From an uncultured Chloroflexia bacterium (GTDB taxonomy: Bacteria; Chloroflexota; Anaerolineae; CG2-30-64-16), in the NCBI GenBank assembly GCA_963774265.1, contig CAVZDU010000001.1, positions 512,001-576,000 on the forward strand: a stretch of 64,000 nucleotides of DNA, given 5' to 3'. The notes beneath the pieces were generated by a model. The model worked only from the letters and a program-made list of their open reading frames with translations, was not told where the DNA came from and did no database searches. Positions within the stretch are counted from its first letter, which is position 1; the number at the start of each line of letters is the position of its first letter. The position numbers and the translations under genes are program-made. Positions 60,124 through 64,000 of the stretch are shown here, one piece after another.

Positions 60124-62958
60124 ATGGCAGACGGTGCGCCACCCTGGCGTGTGGTTCCCTACGAAGAGGCATCGCCGTTCAAAAAGGTGCGTGTGCGCGA
60201 TGAAGCGCGGGTGCGCACGGTCGTGCGGCGCCTGATGAACGACGAGTGTGTTGCTCTGTTGGGCCCACCGATGAGCGAAAAAAGCCGCTTGCTGCGCGAC
60301 GTGGCTGAAGAGCTGCTGCAAAGCGGTCGTTACCGGCCGCTGCACATAGACTTGTGGCGCACCCGGTCGAACGATGAGGCGGCTTTCTTCACAAGCCTGG
60401 CGGATCTGATTGCCAGTGAGCTGGGAGACGCCGCTCCGCGCGCTCCCGTGGAGTGTGGCGAAGCAATCGCAGACGCGCGTAGCTTCCAGGGTTATCTGGC
60501 GCAGGCCGCGAATAGCAGCAATACGAACATCGCTCTGCTGATCGATCACCTGCAAGCGTTGCCTCATGATCTCGTGCACAGCTTGCTCGTCGCGCTGCGT
60601 GCCGCGTACATGGAGCGCGAGGCAGATGCGCCGCACAGCCTGGTCGCGGTGGTCGCTGGCGGCATGAACCTGGTAGGTCTCTCCACCGGCCCTACCTCGC
60701 CGTTCAACATCGCGAAACCCGTGGTCGCCGAGCCCTTGACGGTGGAGCAAAGCCGCGCGCTTGCGGCGGCATCGCTGGAGGCCCTAGAGTGTTCGGCATC
60801 GGCACGCGGCATGGAGCGTCTCGTCCAATGGGGTGCAGGCGACCGCTACCTGATCACGCGACTGTGTGCGGATAGCTCAGAATTGGTCCGGCTGCACCGC
60901 CATCGCCGGGTGACGTCGGCGATTGTGGAGCGGGCCGGCGCGGCGCTTGTCGCGCACGGATCGCCGCCGCCGGTGCGCGCTGCCATCCGCATGATCGAGG
61001 AGGACCCGGACACTGTTTTGGATGTCCTCCACCTGTTGGATAATGACTCGTTGCCGCGTACACGCTCGCGCCAGGCGCCCACTCGCACCGGCACGGATCG
61101 CCTGCAGCTTTCCGGAGCTGTCATCCTGGCCGACGGATGTTACATGTTCATGAACGAGGTCTACCGGAGGGCCTTGGCCGCGCATTTCACAACGGATCGG
61201 GTTGGTCACGTGTTGCGGATTGCCGGACGTTGGAGCGAGGCGATTGCCTATCTGGCGCCGCGGCGCGCCCAGTTGGCCCGCCCCCAGCTTCTTGAAGCCA
61301 TCGTTCAGTCGATTTATGCAAGTGACTCGTCAGAGCAGGCGTATGGGTTGCTGGCCGACGGTCTGCGCTTTGGTTTCGGCCTGGCCGACATTGGCATCTA
61401 CCGCGCGCATCCCGCCGCGGCGCTGCTGCAACAGGTCTACCCGGCGGCCAGCAACGGACAGCCGGTGCATGTTGACCTGCGCGATCCCGGCTGCGTCGAA
61501 GCCCAGACGTTCAACTTGGGTAACTATGCCCTGCGGGGCAGCGCAGACGAGGCGCGCCTGGTGGTTTGCCTTGCCTCCACCGTTCGATCGCTCGGCGTGG
61601 TAACTGTTGAGCACTACGTGCAGGACCGCGATCCTCACGAGCTTCCCGACGAACTGCCGGACCTGCTGCGTTTTCTGCAGCATGCAGCGGGTGCGCTGGA
61701 AAACGTGATCACCCGTGGGGCCTACCGCGCCATCGGACAGGCCGTCCTCGATGCCAAGGCCATGCAGCCAACCGTCGAGCGTGTTCTTGACACGGTTGCT
61801 GAGGCGCTAGGGTGCGACTACGGCGTGTTGTACCTGACGGATGATGCGCGCCGCCAGCTTGATATGGCAGCCGGCGTCGGCACAGTGGTCACCCAGGAAT
61901 GGCAGGCGCAAGCGCACTTTCCCCTGAACGGCCAGCATCCTGCTGTCACTGCACTGACAGGCGCCCGGATGATCACCGCGCGCGGCGGCGAGGATGCGCA
62001 GGACCGTGCTTTATTCGATCGTTTTGGCCTCCATCGCTACGTGCGCGTGTTTTTGCCTCTGGCGGCCGGGGGTGAACAGCTCGGCGTCTTGGAGCTCGGC
62101 TACGCGGTCGGGCGCGCGCGCCTCTCTGACGAGCACAAACGGACCCTCTCGGCCTTTGCCGATCAGGTGGCCATTGCCGTACACAACATGCTGCTGCTGC
62201 GGCGGACGGATGAGGCATTAGCCCGGAAGCTGGCAGAGCTGTCGGTTGGACGAGAAATTCAATTGAGCTTGCTGCCGAAAGCGTGTCCCACGATCCCCGG
62301 TTGGCAATTTGAGGCTGTCTATCAGGCCGCGCGTACGGTCGGAGGTGACTTCTACGATTTCTGTGATCTGCCCGGCCCACCCGCCCGCCTTGGCGTTGTG
62401 ATCGCTGACGTGGCCGATAAGGGTGTGCCTGCTGCGTTGTTCATGGCATTAAGCAGGACAATCATTCGCAGCGTAGCTTTTACCGGCCGAGGTCCTGCGT
62501 CCGCGCTCATGCGCGCAAACCAACTGATTCTGGCCGACAGTCAGTCCGATTTGTTCTTGAGCGCGGTATACCTGGTGATCGAAACCGGCACGGGTCGTGT
62601 TTCTTACACCAACGCGGGTCACACCCGGCCGCTGCTTTACCGTGCGGCGAGCGGCGTGCTGAGCGAACTGACCCAGCGCGGCATCATCTTGGGTACGTTT
62701 GAGGAGATCACGTTGCGGGATGACCGCGTGGATCTTGCGCCAGGCGATGTGTTGGTGCTCTACACCGATGGGGTCACCGACGCGCTCAACGCTGACGGTG
62801 AGGAGTTCGGCGAGCAACGCTTGTTCGATGTGATAACGGCACACGCCAGGGGCAGCGCGCAGGAGATCCTGTGGGCGATCACCGGTGCGCTGGCGGGTTT
62901 CATCGACGGCACGGAGCCGGCTGACGACGTGACGTGTGTCGTTATCAAGCGCGGTTAA
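60124..62958 (+). CDS. Degenerate STAND-like domain, GAF domain(s) and PP2C/SpoIIE phosphatase
   Basis: LLGPPMSEKS, LLIDHL and SPFNI; GAF FADQVAIA; PP2C VGGDFYD, IADVADKG, NAGH, YTDG and DD.T motifs. Confidence 0.85.
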   Translation: MADGAPPWRVVPYEEASPFKKVRVRDEARVRTVVRRLMNDECVALLGPPMSEKSRLLRDVAEELLQSGRYRPLHIDLWRTRSNDEAAFFTSLADLIASELGDAAPRAPVECGEAIADARSFQGYLAQAANSSNTNIALLIDHLQALPHDLVHSLLVALRAAYMEREADAPHSLVAVVAGGMNLVGLSTGPTSPFNIAKPVVAEPLTVEQSRALAAASLEALECSASARGMERLVQWGAGDRYLITRLCADSSELVRLHRHRRVTSAIVERAGAALVAHGSPPPVRAAIRMIEEDPDTVLDVLHLLDNDSLPRTRSRQAPTRTGTDRLQLSGAVILADGCYMFMNEVYRRALAAHFTTDRVGHVLRIAGRWSEAIAYLAPRRAQLARPQLLEAIVQSIYASDSSEQAYGLLADGLRFGFGLADIGIYRAHPAAALLQQVYPAASNGQPVHVDLRDPGCVEAQTFNLGNYALRGSADEARLVVCLASTVRSLGVVTVEHYVQDRDPHELPDELPDLLRFLQHAAGALENVITRGAYRAIGQAVLDAKAMQPTVERVLDTVAEALGCDYGVLYLTDDARRQLDMAAGVGTVVTQEWQAQAHFPLNGQHPAVTALTGARMITARGGEDAQDRALFDRFGLHRYVRVFLPLAAGGEQLGVLELGYAVGRARLSDEHKRTLSAFADQVAIAVHNMLLLRRTDEALARKLAELSVGREIQLSLLPKACPTIPGWQFEAVYQAARTVGGDFYDFCDLPGPPARLGVVIADVADKGVPAALFMALSRTIIRSVAFTGRGPASALMRANQLILADSQSDLFLSAVYLVIETGTGRVSYTNAGHTRPLLYRAASGVLSELTQRGIILGTFEEITLRDDRVDLAPGDVLVLYTDGVTDALNADGEEFGEQRLFDVITAHARGSAQEILWAITGALAGFIDGTEPADDVTCVVIKRG

Positions 62959-62985
62959 TCAAGCGCGGCTAATCAAGCGCGGTTA
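62944..62985. repeat. Three 14-bp tandem repeats ATCAAGCGCGGYTA
   Basis: Read directly; spans the stop codons of both convergent genes. Confidence 0.9.
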
Positions 62986-64000
62986 GGGATCGAGTCGCGC
63001 ACCTGTCACCGGCAGAAAGGCCGGTCCATTGACCACATCCGACCGGAACCGCGGAATGATCTGGTAGCCGCTGTCGGTCGTTTTCTCCCCAACATACTGT
63101 CCCAACACGCCTTGCGCCGCCCATGTCTCCCCGATGTTGACATACGGCCGGCGCCAGGACAGGCTCTCCGGGAAGTAGATGCGAATTATCCCGCCCCTGT
63201 CCTTGAGCACCAGCGCCTGGGGCTCGAATTTGATGACGGCCCCAACCACCTGCACGAGATGCCCTTCGTTGGCCTCAATGAGTCCAGCCGAGGTCACTGG
63301 CGCCGGAGTGATCGCTTTGCCGGGTCCAAGATAGGTCAGGTAGCTTGGGTCCGGGACAGACAATTCGGTCTCACCGTAGAAATTGCGCGTCCAACCAGTG
63401 ACCCGCACCTGGTCGCCCAGAGCCAGCTTGCCATACTCGCCCGATCGCAAGTAGATCTTGATGCCCCCCGTCGCGTCCTCCAAGTAGATCGTCTTCGGGA
63501 TGAGCCCCGGCGGAAACGTGACACTGCCGGTGATGGTTGCGCGCGTATCCTCGGGGGCCGCGCGTGCCGCGGCGACTGTTTGAGGGACTGTCGCAGTGGG
63601 GGCGACGTAACTCGTTCCGGATGACGGCGGCGATGACGGCCGCAGCCGGTTCGCTGCTCCAGGCGTAACCTCACAGTCGCCCGTCCATTCCCCTGTCCCG
63701 TCCCCGTCGCGGCAGTAGCTGCGATCATCACCGGGACCACCATTGTAGGTGAATTGGTCCGCCAGCGCCCCGTCGCTCCGCGTCAAGGTGATGGTGTCGC
63801 GCCAATCCCCAAGCGAAAGGCGAGTTTGCGCCCGATACAACAGCAGGAAGCTATGCGGCCAGATGACTGTGCCCGCGGGGAGCCTGTACGTACTGGTATC
63901 ATCCGAGATCGTCCAGCCATCCAGCGCCGCAGGCGATGGCGCGGCGTTATACAGTTCGATCCATTCATCCGCAAAAGTGGCCTCCCCATCGTTGTCCCAG
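62983..64000 (-). CDS. Lamin-tail domain plus two OB-fold protein (partial, starts beyond the window)
   Basis: Frame is open to the edge: DEWIELYN..LDGWTISD; OB-like IYLEDATGGI..GDQVRVTG; ends FLPVTGARLDP. Confidence 0.8.
   Translation of the reverse strand, partial: WDNDGEATFADEWIELYNAAPSPAALDGWTISDDTSTYRLPAGTVIWPHSFLLLYRAQTRLSLGDWRDTITLTRSDGALADQFTYNGGPGDDRSYCRDGDGTGEWTGDCEVTPGAANRLRPSSPPSSGTSYVAPTATVPQTVAAARAAPEDTRATITGSVTFPPGLIPKTIYLEDATGGIKIYLRSGEYGKLALGDQVRVTGWTRNFYGETELSVPDPSYLTYLGPGKAITPAPVTSAGLIEANEGHLVQVVGAVIKFEPQALVLKDRGGIIRIYFPESLSWRRPYVNIGETWAAQGVLGQYVGEKTTDSGYQIIPRFRSDVVNGPAFLPVTGARLDP

Overview
GC-rich bacterial chromosome segment, most consistent with a Chloroflexota (Anaerolineae/Caldilineae-like) genome; this is inferred from the Pro/Thr-rich exported proteins, DUF5671, translin, Elp3 and PTPS-related GT-C genes. 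It holds about 50 genes plus tRNA-Leu(CAA). I saw no transposase, integrase, prophage or CRISPR array. Content: envelope proteins (L,D-transpeptidase, LysM, SH3, CarboxypepD_reg repeats, three GT-C-like membrane proteins), proteases (PrsW, three trypsin-like, M50, M29), an ECF sigma/anti-sigma pair, mutM, corA, modA, tupBC and tyrA. About ten single-base frameshifts, mostly beside GCGC, look like long-read errors. Best leads: (1) bacterial Elp3 overlapping start-to-start with a Trm9/ALKBH8-like methyltransferase, a candidate eukaryote-type cm5U->mcm5U tRNA wobble pathway; (2) two tandem selenoprotein genes that the ORF track splits (PrdB/GrdB-like CUxxC and SelW/Rdx CxxU), each with a SECIS-like hairpin; (3) an operon of M29 peptidase, STAND ATPase and degenerate-STAND-GAF-PP2C; (4) an unnamed ~120-aa domain shared by four proteins; (5) a fluoride-riboswitch-like leader on a histidine phosphatase. 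All family calls come from motif recognition by eye; no searches were run.
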